DNA of 64,000 bases, from the IMG/VR virus record IMGVR_UViG_3300039159_000198; one strand, written 5' to 3'. A program made the translations under genes and the position numbers. Shown here piece after piece: positions 39,065 to 49,329 of the stretch; the stretch's first letter is position 1; each line of letters opens with the position of its first letter. The notes under the pieces were generated by a model that was not told where the DNA came from, searched no databases, and saw only the letters and a program-made list of their open reading frames with translations. Source of the stretch: a virus. Lineage: Duplodnaviria; Heunggongvirae; Uroviricota; Caudoviricetes.

Positions 39065-41788
39065 ATGATAAACAGTGAAGAAATTGAGTCGTTCCTACAT
39101 GGGAATGACCCTGAAGAATTTATAGTCGCCATCGAGTATGATTACCGAGACAACTGCATTTATAAGGTACGAGAAATCCCGGGTAAGGGAAAAGAAATCC
39201 GTAAAGACACATTTACCCCATTCGCTTGGGTAGGTGACTTAAAACATCTAAAATTTTATAACGACTCAAAGGCTGCTCAAAAGGCTGCTATGACCAAACA
39301 CGGAATTCTAATTGAGAAATTGGAAACTCACGGAAATGAACGTTTGGAGAAAGGTTTGACCTATATGGTTAAATCGATGAAGGGTTACCGAGAACTCATC
39401 CAATTCTTTAAGGAGGGTGGATGTGACCCATGGGGCGATAAATCTAAGGATAAGATAACTATTCTTCCTCCGGTGGAACAATACCTTGTATCCAAAGAAA
39501 AACGATTGTTTAAGGGGTTTGAAAATTATAATGAAGTGACTCGAATGGTTTATGACTTGGAGACGACCTCACTTGAACCTAAGGACGGTCGTATCTTCAT
39601 GATTGGAATTAAAACCAATAAAGGTTATCATAGAGTAATCGAATGTACAGATGAGAATGAAGAAAAAGGTGCCATCATCGAATTCTTCAATGTTATTAAC
39701 GAACTTAAACCATCCATTATTGGTGGGTATAACTCAGCGAACTTTGACTGGCATTGGATATTTGAAAGAAGTAGAATATTAGGTCTTGATTTAAAAAAAG
39801 TGTGTAAGTCGTTAAACCCAAACCATTCGTTTACTCGTAGAGATGGAATGCTAAAACTTGCAAATGAGGTTGAAACTTATACTCAAACTTCTATTTGGGG
39901 TTATAACGTTATTGATATCATTCATGCGGTTCGTAGAGCACAAGCCATCAACTCAAATATTAAAGCGGCAGGATTAAAGTATATTACCAAATTTATTAAT
40001 GCGGAATCACCAAGTCGTGTTTATATTGACCACTTAGATATTGGACCGTTTTTTGCTGAGAAAAAAGACTTTTGGTTAAACACCTTAAATGGAAACTATA
40101 AGAAAGTTGGGGTAGACCCAAAAATTGATGAGGTTTGTGGGAGACGTAACGATACCTATGAAAAAATTACAGGAGATAGACTGGTTGAGATGTATCTTGA
40201 TGATGATTTAGATGAAACCCTTAAGGTGGACCAAGAGTTCAACCAAGGTTCATTTTTAATGGCGTCGATGGTTCCGTCAACATATGAAAGAGTTTCAACA
40301 ATGGGTACCGCAACAATATGGCGTCAAATTATGCTGGCGTGGTCATATAAACATAATTTGGCAATACCGGTTAAAGAAGGTAAGACAGAATTTGTGGGAG
40401 GTTTATCGAGATTATTAAAGGTGGGGTATTCAAAAAACGTATTAAAATTGGACTTCTCATCTCTTTACCCATCAATTCAGTTGGTTCATGATGTATTTCC
40501 TGATTGTGATGTTACAGGAGCAATGAAAGGGTTTTTAACTTATTTTCGTAATACCCGTATTAAATATAAAAATTTGGCTTCCGAATATAAAAATATTGAC
40601 AAAGTAAAATCAGAGTCATACGGTAATAAGCAGTTACCCATAAAACTGTTCATTAATTCATTATTTGGGTCGTTATCTGCACCTCAAGTTTTTAATTGGG
40701 GGGATATGAAAAGGGGTGAACAAATTACCACGACCGGTAGACAATATTTAAGGCAAATGTTGTATTTTTTCTCGAAAAAAGGTTATACCGTGCTATTATG
40801 CGACACTGACGGTATGAATTTCTCATTACCTGAAGGAGGTGTTGAAAATAGAAAATATATCGGTAAAGGTAATAATTGGTTAGTTGAAAAAGATAAAGAA
40901 TATACGGGATATGATGCTGATGTTGCGGAATATAACGACATATTTATGAAGGGTGCCATGGGTCTTGACAACGACGGTACATGGGATTCCTGCATAAATT
41001 TATCCCGTAAAAATTATGCGACGATGGAACATAATGGTAAAGTTAAACTTACCGGTAACTCAATTAAATCAAAGAAACTTCCATTATACATTGAAGAGTT
41101 TTTAGATAAAGGGATTAAATTATTATTAGAAAATAAGGGTCAAGAGTTTGTTGAATACTATTACGAGTACTTACAAAAAATTTATGACAAAGAAATCTCA
41201 TTAAGTAAAATTGCTCAAAGAGCGAGAGTTAAATTATCAATCGATGATTATAAAAAAAGAATAACAACTAAAACAAAGGCGGGTAATAGTATGAGTAGAA
41301 TGAGTCACATGGAACTCGCCATTCAAAATAATTTAAAGGTTAATTTGGGTGATGTAATTATGTATGTCAACAACGGACTAAGAGCCTCTCATGGAGACGT
41401 GCAGAAAAAGGGTGACGGAGTTCAGTTAAATTGTTATATGTTAGATAAGAATATTTTAACGGATAACCCTGATTTAAAAGGGGACTATAATGTCGCAAGA
41501 GCGATGGTTACTTTTAATAAAAAACTTTCACCTTTAATGGTTGTATTTCAGGACGAAGTAAGAAAAAATTTAATTGTTAATGACCCGGAAAAAAGAGGAA
41601 TTTTCACGAAATCTCAATGTGAATTAATCAACGGATATTCACTTAATGAAGGAGACCAAGACAGTATTGACGATTTATTAACTTTGTCCGAACAGGAAAT
41701 TAAATATTGGGAAAAACGAGATTTAGACCCTAATTACATTTATGAGTTAGCCGAAGAGGGATGGGAAGAGCACATTGATTTAAAATAA
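39065..41788 (+). CDS. DNA polymerase family B
   Basis: Exonuclease YDLETT and GYNSANFDW; polymerase LDFSSLYPSI, KLFINSLFG, CDTDG; no intein seen. Confidence 0.95.
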   Translation: MINSEEIESFLHGNDPEEFIVAIEYDYRDNCIYKVREIPGKGKEIRKDTFTPFAWVGDLKHLKFYNDSKAAQKAAMTKHGILIEKLETHGNERLEKGLTYMVKSMKGYRELIQFFKEGGCDPWGDKSKDKITILPPVEQYLVSKEKRLFKGFENYNEVTRMVYDLETTSLEPKDGRIFMIGIKTNKGYHRVIECTDENEEKGAIIEFFNVINELKPSIIGGYNSANFDWHWIFERSRILGLDLKKVCKSLNPNHSFTRRDGMLKLANEVETYTQTSIWGYNVIDIIHAVRRAQAINSNIKAAGLKYITKFINAESPSRVYIDHLDIGPFFAEKKDFWLNTLNGNYKKVGVDPKIDEVCGRRNDTYEKITGDRLVEMYLDDDLDETLKVDQEFNQGSFLMASMVPSTYERVSTMGTATIWRQIMLAWSYKHNLAIPVKEGKTEFVGGLSRLLKVGYSKNVLKLDFSSLYPSIQLVHDVFPDCDVTGAMKGFLTYFRNTRIKYKNLASEYKNIDKVKSESYGNKQLPIKLFINSLFGSLSAPQVFNWGDMKRGEQITTTGRQYLRQMLYFFSKKGYTVLLCDTDGMNFSLPEGGVENRKYIGKGNNWLVEKDKEYTGYDADVAEYNDIFMKGAMGLDNDGTWDSCINLSRKNYATMEHNGKVKLTGNSIKSKKLPLYIEEFLDKGIKLLLENKGQEFVEYYYEYLQKIYDKEISLSKIAQRARVKLSIDDYKKRITTKTKAGNSMSRMSHMELAIQNNLKVNLGDVIMYVNNGLRASHGDVQKKGDGVQLNCYMLDKNILTDNPDLKGDYNVARAMVTFNKKLSPLMVVFQDEVRKNLIVNDPEKRGIFTKSQCELINGYSLNEGDQDSIDDLLTLSEQEIKYWEKRDLDPNYIYELAEEGWEEHIDLK

Positions 41789-41835
41789 TTTTGTGAATAA
41801 TAACACTTTTACTCTCTTTGTTGATATTTATTAAT

Positions 41836-41997
41836 ATGGGAAGAAAATTAAAAACTGAAGAAGAAAAGAAAACTAAAGTGTCGGTTGCGTTAGATAGAGA
41901 ACTATTAACTTATTATCGTGACCTTCACATTAATTTATCATCATTAGTAAATAAATTACTTAAAGATTATAGAAAAAATGGAAACAAAAGTTTGTAG
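41836..41997 (+). CDS. Small ribbon-helix-helix DNA-binding protein (not in the ORF track)
   Basis: MGRKLKTEEEKKTKVSVALDRELLTYYRDLHINLSSLVNKLLKDYRKNGNKSL*; overlaps the HNH start. Confidence 0.75.
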   Translation: MGRKLKTEEEKKTKVSVALDRELLTYYRDLHINLSSLVNKLLKDYRKNGNKSL

Positions 41998-42625
41998 TAA
42001 ATGTAAAGAAGAAAAAACGTGTAATTTGTTTGGGAGGTCTAAACAAAATAAAGACGGTTTAAGGTCATTATGTAATGATTGTCGCAAATTAGAAAGTAAG
42101 GAATATCGAGAAAAAAATCCTGAAAAAAGAAAAGAAACGTTATTAAAGTATTATGTGAATAATAAAGAAAAAGAATTATTAAGGTTTAAAAAATATAGAG
42201 AAGAAAACCCCGAAAAACGAAAAAAAAAAACCTGCTCAAAATATGTTGAAAATAATAGATTAAAACATAATGAATATTCCAAAATATGGAAACGCGAGAC
42301 AAGAAAAACAAACCCCATTTATAGAGTGATATCAAATGTAAGAGAAAGAACTAAAGATTATTTAAATTATAAAAGATATAATCAAAATTCACATATCTCC
42401 GATGTTAATGGTTGTTCACCAAAAGAATTAAAAGAATATTTAGAGCAAAAATTTATAGATGGAATGTCTTGGGATAATTATGGATTTTATGGGTGGCACA
42501 TTGACCACAAAATACCTTTATCATCAGCAAAAACAGAAGAAGAAGTTTATAAACTTTGTCATTACTCTAATCTACAACCCTTATGGTCCGAAGATAATTT
42601 AAAAAAAGGTAGTAAAATACTATAA
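41978..42625 (+). CDS. HNH endonuclease, paralog of 31710
   Basis: CSKC..CNDC; WHIDHKIPLSSAKTEEEVYKLCHYSNLQPLWSEDNLKK. Confidence 0.8.
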   Translation: METKVCSKCKEEKTCNLFGRSKQNKDGLRSLCNDCRKLESKEYREKNPEKRKETLLKYYVNNKEKELLRFKKYREENPEKRKKKTCSKYVENNRLKHNEYSKIWKRETRKTNPIYRVISNVRERTKDYLNYKRYNQNSHISDVNGCSPKELKEYLEQKFIDGMSWDNYGFYGWHIDHKIPLSSAKTEEEVYKLCHYSNLQPLWSEDNLKKGSKIL

Positions 42626-42628
42626 AAA

Positions 42629-42654
42629 AAAAGGTGTCATATTCGACACCTTTT
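42629..42654. terminator. Bidirectional intrinsic terminator
   Basis: AAAAGGTGTC-ATATTC-GACACCTTTT between convergent genes. Confidence 0.8.
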
Positions 42655-42659
42655 ATTTT

Positions 42660-42995
42660 TTATGATTGTTTTAATCCGTCCGAACTCGTCACATACCAGT
42701 TACCCCCCACAAATCTAAATTCAATACATGAATATTTATCTGCAACTAATTCATCGTAATCTTCATCTATTTTACCTGTATCCGGTTTAATGGTTATTTT
42801 AGTCATTGATTTAATAACTACGTGGTCAGTTGAGATGGAATCCAAAGTTATTACAGATTCATTAACACCCCTAACGATTATACAACTTTCTCCGTTAGTT
42901 TTATAATCTGTTTCTGATACCACCGAAATCTCTGAAGTATTGATTGAGAGTCCGTTAATTATTTTTCTTGATGGGATTGTTTTAATTATTGCCAT
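42660..42995 (-). CDS. Small putative structural protein
   Basis: Beta-rich 111 aa ending IEFRFVGGNWYV. Confidence 0.6.
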   Translation of the reverse strand: MAIIKTIPSRKIINGLSINTSEISVVSETDYKTNGESCIIVRGVNESVITLDSISTDHVVIKSMTKITIKPDTGKIDEDYDELVADKYSCIEFRFVGGNWYVTSSDGLKQS

Positions 42996-42999
42996 ATGA

Positions 43000-44127
43000 T
43001 TATATTACGTAAATTTGACGAGGCATTGCTCTAAATTTCATTTGTTTATTTAAGTTTTCGGCAATTAATGCTTCTCTTTCCATAACTCGCTCGGGTCTAA
43101 GTCTTGTTAACCATCCTTCGGCTCCGGTAAGTTCTTCAATTAATTTTGATTTTTCATCTTTAGCCTCGGTTGATAATGACTGGTAGTCCATCATTAATTC
43201 ACTGTCAGGTGTTTTAAGATTACCACTATATTTTCCACGAACTCTAGCCAAAGTTTCCTTGCAGTATGCGGTAAACCATCTTCTCACCCATTGTTGACCC
43301 GGAACATTTAATTCTTCCCAAGTTAATTCTTCCATTGGAACATCTGAGGGTAGTTTAATAATGTCGGGATTACTTTTTAGACAATCTGCTCTGTTATCAG
43401 GTGTTGTATCATAATACCAATACCAAACCGCTTTACCCACATATCCATTAATATTATTCCAATTGAATCTACCATTTGGAGTGTTATACAAATGAATCAT
43501 TTTTTTACCATCAGGTAATCCTGTAATTCTATAAGTTAAAGAACCACCTAAGATTCTACTTAAAACATTTGCTTCTTGCATTCTTAACATATAGTCAAAA
43601 CCTGACATCATAAAGTAAGAGCCTTGATTACCCATTTGAGCAAATCCTGCCTCACTGGCCCCAAGACCCATTCCAGCTCCAAATCCACCTGCAGTACCAC
43701 CTAACCCAAACGCATTCCAAGGTCGGTCACTAAACCATAATAGTTCATTAACCTCACGATGTGCGGGAATCTCATAAGTTTGTGTGTTAGCACTTAAAAT
43801 AAAATAATCTTTCTTTAAGACCCAAGGACCATCAGTTTGAAGCCCCACAATTTTTGAGTATGAAAAACTAAATTGTTGTTCAAAATCCATAGTTCTTGTA
43901 ACTAACGCCTTCGCAACTGATTTTTCATTCATATTAAGGTTAACTAAATTAACCCATTGACTATCTATTAACCATTGAAGAATATATTCCTCATAGTCAC
44001 CAATAGATAATTCCATTAACGAGTCCATCATTTCATCTTCAAGTTCAACACTCCTAAGAGGTGCGCCTAATTGATGTTTGATTCTCGTATAAATTTTACT
44101 TCTTTCCGGTTCCGGTATAACTGCCAT
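43000..44127 (-). CDS. Neck / head-tail adaptor protein (gp13-like)
   Basis: IKHQLGAPLRSVEL; WVRRWFTAYCKETLARVRGKYSG. Confidence 0.7.
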   Translation of the reverse strand: MAVIPEPERSKIYTRIKHQLGAPLRSVELEDEMMDSLMELSIGDYEEYILQWLIDSQWVNLVNLNMNEKSVAKALVTRTMDFEQQFSFSYSKIVGLQTDGPWVLKKDYFILSANTQTYEIPAHREVNELLWFSDRPWNAFGLGGTAGGFGAGMGLGASEAGFAQMGNQGSYFMMSGFDYMLRMQEANVLSRILGGSLTYRITGLPDGKKMIHLYNTPNGRFNWNNINGYVGKAVWYWYYDTTPDNRADCLKSNPDIIKLPSDVPMEELTWEELNVPGQQWVRRWFTAYCKETLARVRGKYSGNLKTPDSELMMDYQSLSTEAKDEKSKLIEELTGAEGWLTRLRPERVMEREALIAENLNKQMKFRAMPRQIYVI

Positions 44128-44150
44128 AACTATAAATATATTATTGTTTA

Positions 44151-45683
44151 TTATTGTATATCATATAACAATGAATCTAATGGAAATATATAATTTCCAT
44201 CAACAATTTTTGGTTTTTTATTAAAGACTAAAACATTTTTTCCATTTTGGAATATCATTAAATCTGTTTTGTACAATTTAACACTTGCTGTATCTTCAAG
44301 TAAAATCCCATCATCTGTTATGATTTTATGTCTAAATGGTTTAACCTGAGCAGTTTGGGTGATACCATCTTTAGTTATTTCAATGTCAACACCACCGATG
44401 GCATCTTTTTTGTTTCCAATCCCACCAATAATTTCAACTTTAAATTCTTTACCCAAATATGTGCGTAATATAGATGCGGTTGTTTCTTCTCTTTTATTAC
44501 CGGCATTATTTGTTCCGGTTAAAACACGTAACAAATTTTGTAAGGTTGAACTTTCTTTATTAAAAATTCTAAATTTAAAATGGTTTAGTGCTCTCACAAA
44601 TCTATCGGATTCTTTTTTTTGTTCTTCAGGTGTTTTATTTCTAAAATCAATTGGTTGAGATTTTGTTAATTTTGTAATTACTTGATTTAAATCGTTTAAT
44701 AAAATACAAAATGATGTGTAGTTTGTATTTAATTTATTAATCACAGACCTACCAGGTCCTTCTAAATCATAAACACCTGACATTTCATTATTGGGCGGGT
44801 TCTCCATAAAATTTTCAGAAAAAACTTCTCTCATAATTTTATTAATGCCTCTCATGTAGGTCCATTTAACATTTTCGTTTGTGTTAAATAATTCTTTGTA
44901 AAATTTGTTTTCACTTGAGGAGCACATTTCTGACTTACCCTCACTCAATATTTGACCCATTTTTTTAGTTTCAAGTAATTTGGTATCGGTTTTCATTTCA
45001 TATAATTTAGAAACAAAATCCCAATTAACAACTTTCCAAAAATTAACGATGTATTCGTCTCTTTTGTTTCTATATTTCAAGTAGTAGGCGTGTTCCCAAA
45101 GGTCTAACCCTAACAACGGAAAACCACCACCTTCAATAACATTCATTAACGGATTATCTTGATTTGGTGTGGACATAATTTTTAAAGTATTTCTTGATGT
45201 TAAAATCAACCATACCCACCCGGACCCAAAACGTTCTTTGGCTATTTTTTCAAATTCTTTTTTGAATGACGGAAAACTACCATATTCTTTTGTAATTTTT
45301 TTTAAAAGTTCTCCTTTTAATTTTGTTAGGTTTGGTGATAACATATTCCAAAATAACGCGTGGTTAAACGCTCCTCCGGCATTGTTTCTTATTGTTTTAT
45401 CAAAACGACTTATTGTTTTGATAATTTGTTCTAATTCTAAATCCCCGTATTTTTTCTTTGAAAGAGCATCATTTAATTTATCCACGTAACCCTTGTAATG
45501 TTTGTTGTAGTGAAATCCCATCGTTTCGGGGTCGATGAATTGTTTCAGGGATGAATAGGAGTAAGGTAATTTTTCTATTCCTATTTTTTTCATTTCGGTA
45601 ATCAACAAGTTTTTTTCCTTAAGTACGTGTCTTTCAAGGATTTTAAATTCTAACTGTTGAATTTTTTCTTCTATTTTTTTCAT
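44151..45683 (-). CDS. sod: Fe/Mn superoxide dismutase with a long C-terminal extension
   Basis: LPYSYSSL, HYNKH, NAGGAFNH, RFGSGWVWL, NQDNP, DLWEHAYYL with all ligands present; about 280 extra residues. Confidence 0.9.
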   Translation of the reverse strand: MKKIEEKIQQLEFKILERHVLKEKNLLITEMKKIGIEKLPYSYSSLKQFIDPETMGFHYNKHYKGYVDKLNDALSKKKYGDLELEQIIKTISRFDKTIRNNAGGAFNHALFWNMLSPNLTKLKGELLKKITKEYGSFPSFKKEFEKIAKERFGSGWVWLILTSRNTLKIMSTPNQDNPLMNVIEGGGFPLLGLDLWEHAYYLKYRNKRDEYIVNFWKVVNWDFVSKLYEMKTDTKLLETKKMGQILSEGKSEMCSSSENKFYKELFNTNENVKWTYMRGINKIMREVFSENFMENPPNNEMSGVYDLEGPGRSVINKLNTNYTSFCILLNDLNQVITKLTKSQPIDFRNKTPEEQKKESDRFVRALNHFKFRIFNKESSTLQNLLRVLTGTNNAGNKREETTASILRTYLGKEFKVEIIGGIGNKKDAIGGVDIEITKDGITQTAQVKPFRHKIITDDGILLEDTASVKLYKTDLMIFQNGKNVLVFNKKPKIVDGNYIFPLDSLLYDIQ

Positions 45684-45725
45684 AAATTTGGATTATCCAT
45701 TACATATAAATAATCTAAAAATTGT

Positions 45726-47477
45726 TTAACGACGCATTTGATTTATTCTTTCCATTATTTCACCTGCGGTATCTGCAGAATTCATATTATCGCCCATTAC
45801 AGTTGCGATAACTTGTTTCTTTGCATTAACAATATCGTAGATAATTCCTTCTATAGTATTTTCAAAAATAGGGTAATAAACCAGCACATTGTTTTTTTGT
45901 CCGTATCTATATGCTCGGTCCTCAGATTGTGCGTGGTCTGATGGTAAAAACGATAAATCATTAAAGATTACCGCTTCTGCTGATGTTAGAGTAATACCAA
46001 CTCCGGCAGCTTTAATATTACCAACAAAAACTTTTATCTTGTCATTTTCTTGGAATTGGTCAACACTAAATTGTCTTTCATGTTTAGACATTGACCCATC
46101 TAATTTAACAGCAATTTTACCAAAATGTTCTGTTATTTTATTTAACGAATCTGTAAAATTACAAAAAATAATTACCTTTTTGTCTTGTTCAATAATATTT
46201 TCGGCAATTTCAATTGTTTGTGTTATTTTTTCATCCGCAATTATTTGACGAATTTTTGTGAGTTTGGTGAATTGAACTGTAAGTGATTTTGATTCTTCCG
46301 GATTTTTTTCATACCAATTATAATAATCTCCCATAACTTCTTCATACATTTTAGATTTTAATCTTAAATAAACAGGTGTTATAATTTTATCGGGTAAATC
46401 CAAAACATTTTCTTTTAATCTCCTTAAAGTTAAACCGGCAGTTCTATCTCTCAATTCTTCAAGATTTGATGCTCCTTGAACATTCCAAATTTTTCTTGGA
46501 CCAACCTTGAATTGAAACCCAGCGCAATAACGAATTGCGTATGCCATCCAGTTCTTGGCTACGGGAGAATCAATTAAACTTAATAAATTAAAATAATCAA
46601 TTGGTCGAGAAGTCATTGGAGTACCCGTTAATAACCATAATCTATCAACACTTTTTGTAATATCATTGATAAGTTTTGTCCTTTGAGCCTGAGCATTTTT
46701 AATATAGTGGGCTTCGTCAATAATAATTAAATCAAATTTTGACATTAAAATTAACGAATCATCTTTCTTTTTTGGGTCATGAAAGTTTTTCATTATATCA
46801 TAATTAACAATAACAAAATCATCTTCGGTACTAAAATGTTTACCCTCTGAGATATAAATTGACTTATTAGAATAGTTCTCAATTTCTCTCTTCCAATTTA
46901 TTTTAAGTGTTGCCGGACAAATAATTAATACTTTTTTTATCCCTGTTTCTAAAGCCGCGATGATTGTTGAAGTTGTCTTACCCAAACCCATATCATCGGC
47001 AAGGATAAACTTTTTATTCTCAACTAATTTTTGGATTGCTTCTTTTTGGTGGTCTAATGGAGGTCGGTTAGAATATTTTGAATAATCAATAACAACATCT
47101 TTAACTGTATTATCTTTAATGATTGCCGCTTTTGGTAACCAAAAATGATGTAATTCCTCATTCTCAAATACTTTACCCCAAATATGAAACGCTTTTTCTT
47201 TATCCGATAATAACTTTTCTACCCATATTTTTTGAGGTATTTCTGTGTATAGTTTATCGTCTGCGAGTTTCTGTGCGAAATACGCATCGAGAATTACCCA
47301 CTTCTTCGCAACCTTTGGTTGTTTATCGTGATTATTAATTATGTACTCAGATTGACTCCTTGTTGGATAAAACTTTCGGTTTAATTGTGATTTACGTTTT
47401 AACTCAATTATGAAATTATTACCACCTTCGTAGGTCTCCAATAACGATAATGCTTTTGATTCTAAACTTACATTCAT
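45726..47477 (-). CDS. SNF2-family helicase (HARP/SMARCAL1-like)
   Basis: ILADDMGLGKT, DEAH, LLTGTP, QSEDRAYRYGQ. Confidence 0.92.
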   Translation of the reverse strand: MNVSLESKALSLLETYEGGNNFIIELKRKSQLNRKFYPTRSQSEYIINNHDKQPKVAKKWVILDAYFAQKLADDKLYTEIPQKIWVEKLLSDKEKAFHIWGKVFENEELHHFWLPKAAIIKDNTVKDVVIDYSKYSNRPPLDHQKEAIQKLVENKKFILADDMGLGKTTSTIIAALETGIKKVLIICPATLKINWKREIENYSNKSIYISEGKHFSTEDDFVIVNYDIMKNFHDPKKKDDSLILMSKFDLIIIDEAHYIKNAQAQRTKLINDITKSVDRLWLLTGTPMTSRPIDYFNLLSLIDSPVAKNWMAYAIRYCAGFQFKVGPRKIWNVQGASNLEELRDRTAGLTLRRLKENVLDLPDKIITPVYLRLKSKMYEEVMGDYYNWYEKNPEESKSLTVQFTKLTKIRQIIADEKITQTIEIAENIIEQDKKVIIFCNFTDSLNKITEHFGKIAVKLDGSMSKHERQFSVDQFQENDKIKVFVGNIKAAGVGITLTSAEAVIFNDLSFLPSDHAQSEDRAYRYGQKNNVLVYYPIFENTIEGIIYDIVNAKKQVIATVMGDNMNSADTAGEIMERINQMRR

Positions 47478-47532
47478 CTATTCAAAAAATATTTTAATTA
47501 AATATAGTTAATATTGAGGTATTTATCAATAT

Positions 47533-48204
47533 ATGGAAGAATTAATGATAATTACAAAAGATGGTAAATCTTTTAGAGTTTGTCGTAAATGTGAAAAGGA
47601 GTTAGAGATTTCTTTTTTTGATAAATGTAATAAGACAAAATGTGGTGTTAGGTCAATTTGTAAAAATTGTCGTAAGATACAAAATATGGAAAATTCGGAA
47701 ATATTACAAATTAAAAGAAAAGAATTTTATAAATCTAATAAAGAGAAAGTATTAAAAAACGCTAAAAATTATAGAATTATTAATAAAGAAAAAGTTTTAT
47801 TAGCTGCAAAAAAATATAGAGAAGAGAATAAAGAAAAAATTGCTATATCAAAAAGACTTTCAACAAAGAAAAGATACAATAATGACGGATTTTTTAGGGT
47901 GACAACTCAATTAAGAAAATATGTAAGAAGATATTTTGATATTAAAACAAACTCAAGGGGTACTATGGATGTCATTGGGTGTTCACCTAAAGAATTAAAA
48001 GTTAAAATAGAGTCTCAATTTGAAGATTGGATGTGTTGGGATAATTATGGGTATGGGGAAAATAAATGGGTTATTGACCATATAATACCTTTATCATCAA
48101 CAACAATTGAAGAATTACACAAATTATGTCATTATTCGAATTTACGACCTTTATGTTGGAGAGAAAATATGATAAAAGGTAATAAAATAATAAATAACAA
48201 ATAA
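47533..48204 (+). CDS. HNH endonuclease, same family as 31710 and 41978
   Basis: CRKC..CKNC; WVIDHIIPLSS...LCHYSNLRPLCWRENMIKGNK. Confidence 0.8.
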   Translation: MEELMIITKDGKSFRVCRKCEKELEISFFDKCNKTKCGVRSICKNCRKIQNMENSEILQIKRKEFYKSNKEKVLKNAKNYRIINKEKVLLAAKKYREENKEKIAISKRLSTKKRYNNDGFFRVTTQLRKYVRRYFDIKTNSRGTMDVIGCSPKELKVKIESQFEDWMCWDNYGYGENKWVIDHIIPLSSTTIEELHKLCHYSNLRPLCWRENMIKGNKIINNK

Positions 48205-48205
48205 T

Positions 48206-48718
48206 ATGCAAAAATTAGTTCCAATAACAAGACTTGGTAAATTCTTCTCTGAAGAAGATTTTTTTTTAGATGTGTCGATGGGAAAAGAATGGCTTGAGGC
48301 AGATATGAACTTTACCGTAATCCTTTACCGTGTTGACCGATATAAAACTAACGTTGATAATGTATATGGTGAGGTTAGCACCGATGGTATCCAATTTATG
48401 GCACCAATTGAATTACAAGGATTAGTTCAAATTATGGCGCCAAGTAATAAATTATTGGGTGGTTCTAAGATTAAACAAAATGAACCGGGTAATATGAAAT
48501 TTTCAATATATCAAAAAACTCTTGATGATATGGATGTTAATATATTTGCAGGAGATTATATTGGATATTACGAAACAGAAAGTAAAGTTAGGTATTATAC
48601 GGTAGTTGATGATGGACTTGTTGTTTCAGATAACCGCCATTCCTACGCTGGTTATAAACCATTTTATCGTACTATAATTGCGACATATGTAAGTGAAAAC
48701 GAATTTAGAGGAATATAA
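48206..48718 (+). CDS. Putative head-closure/neck protein (gp14-like)
   Basis: NVDNVYGE motif; lies near the neck and tail genes. Confidence 0.5.
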   Translation: MQKLVPITRLGKFFSEEDFFLDVSMGKEWLEADMNFTVILYRVDRYKTNVDNVYGEVSTDGIQFMAPIELQGLVQIMAPSNKLLGGSKIKQNEPGNMKFSIYQKTLDDMDVNIFAGDYIGYYETESKVRYYTVVDDGLVVSDNRHSYAGYKPFYRTIIATYVSENEFRGI

Positions 48719-49329
48719 TGAAATACGTAATAACAGAATCTCAGTACAAAAAATTACAGGAACAACGTGTTAAGGGAGAAGAAGTTACTCCCGGAAAATA
48801 CGTTGTCCATTCTTCTAATCCATCTAATAGAGACAGTATTAGAGATTATGGTATCAGAGCTGTATTGGGTGAGTGTTATATGATTTACGCAGATAGTAAT
48901 TATGGTGAAGATGACGAATGTGTTCCTGCCGTGTTTGCAACAGATAGTGTAAAGAAAAAAGATATGTTTGATTCAACTTATGATGATGATATATGGGTGA
49001 TTGATACTGAAAGAGCCAATGTACAATGGTACAAAGACGCCCATTTTGATGGTGGTGATACTAAACATATTGTTACCTTTGAGGATATTCCAGTTGATTC
49101 CATTAGATTAATACATAAAGGAACAGGATTAGATACTTGGAATCATTATAATAATGAAGAAGAATTAACATTAAGTGAAATGATTAAATTGGATATTAAA
49201 GTTGGTGATACAATAATGGGGGGTAAATTTAAGAATAAAAAAATTATTGTTAAAACTATCGATAAAAACGAAAAGGGTGATATTACAATTAATGGGAAAC
49301 CTTTATTAAGATTTAGAATTATTAAATGA
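48718..49329 (+). CDS. Putative ADP-ribosyltransferase-fold protein with leader
   Basis: VVHSSNPSNRDSIRDYGI...AVFAT...IWVID...EDIPVDSIRLI resembles the Tpt1/KptA-type ART core. Confidence 0.5.
   Translation: MKYVITESQYKKLQEQRVKGEEVTPGKYVVHSSNPSNRDSIRDYGIRAVLGECYMIYADSNYGEDDECVPAVFATDSVKKKDMFDSTYDDDIWVIDTERANVQWYKDAHFDGGDTKHIVTFEDIPVDSIRLIHKGTGLDTWNHYNNEEELTLSEMIKLDIKVGDTIMGGKFKNKKIIVKTIDKNEKGDITINGKPLLRFRIIK

Noticed and set aside
39065-41788. Intein or intron in DNA polymerase
   Set aside because: Motifs are continuous and normally spaced, with no splice-junction signatures seen
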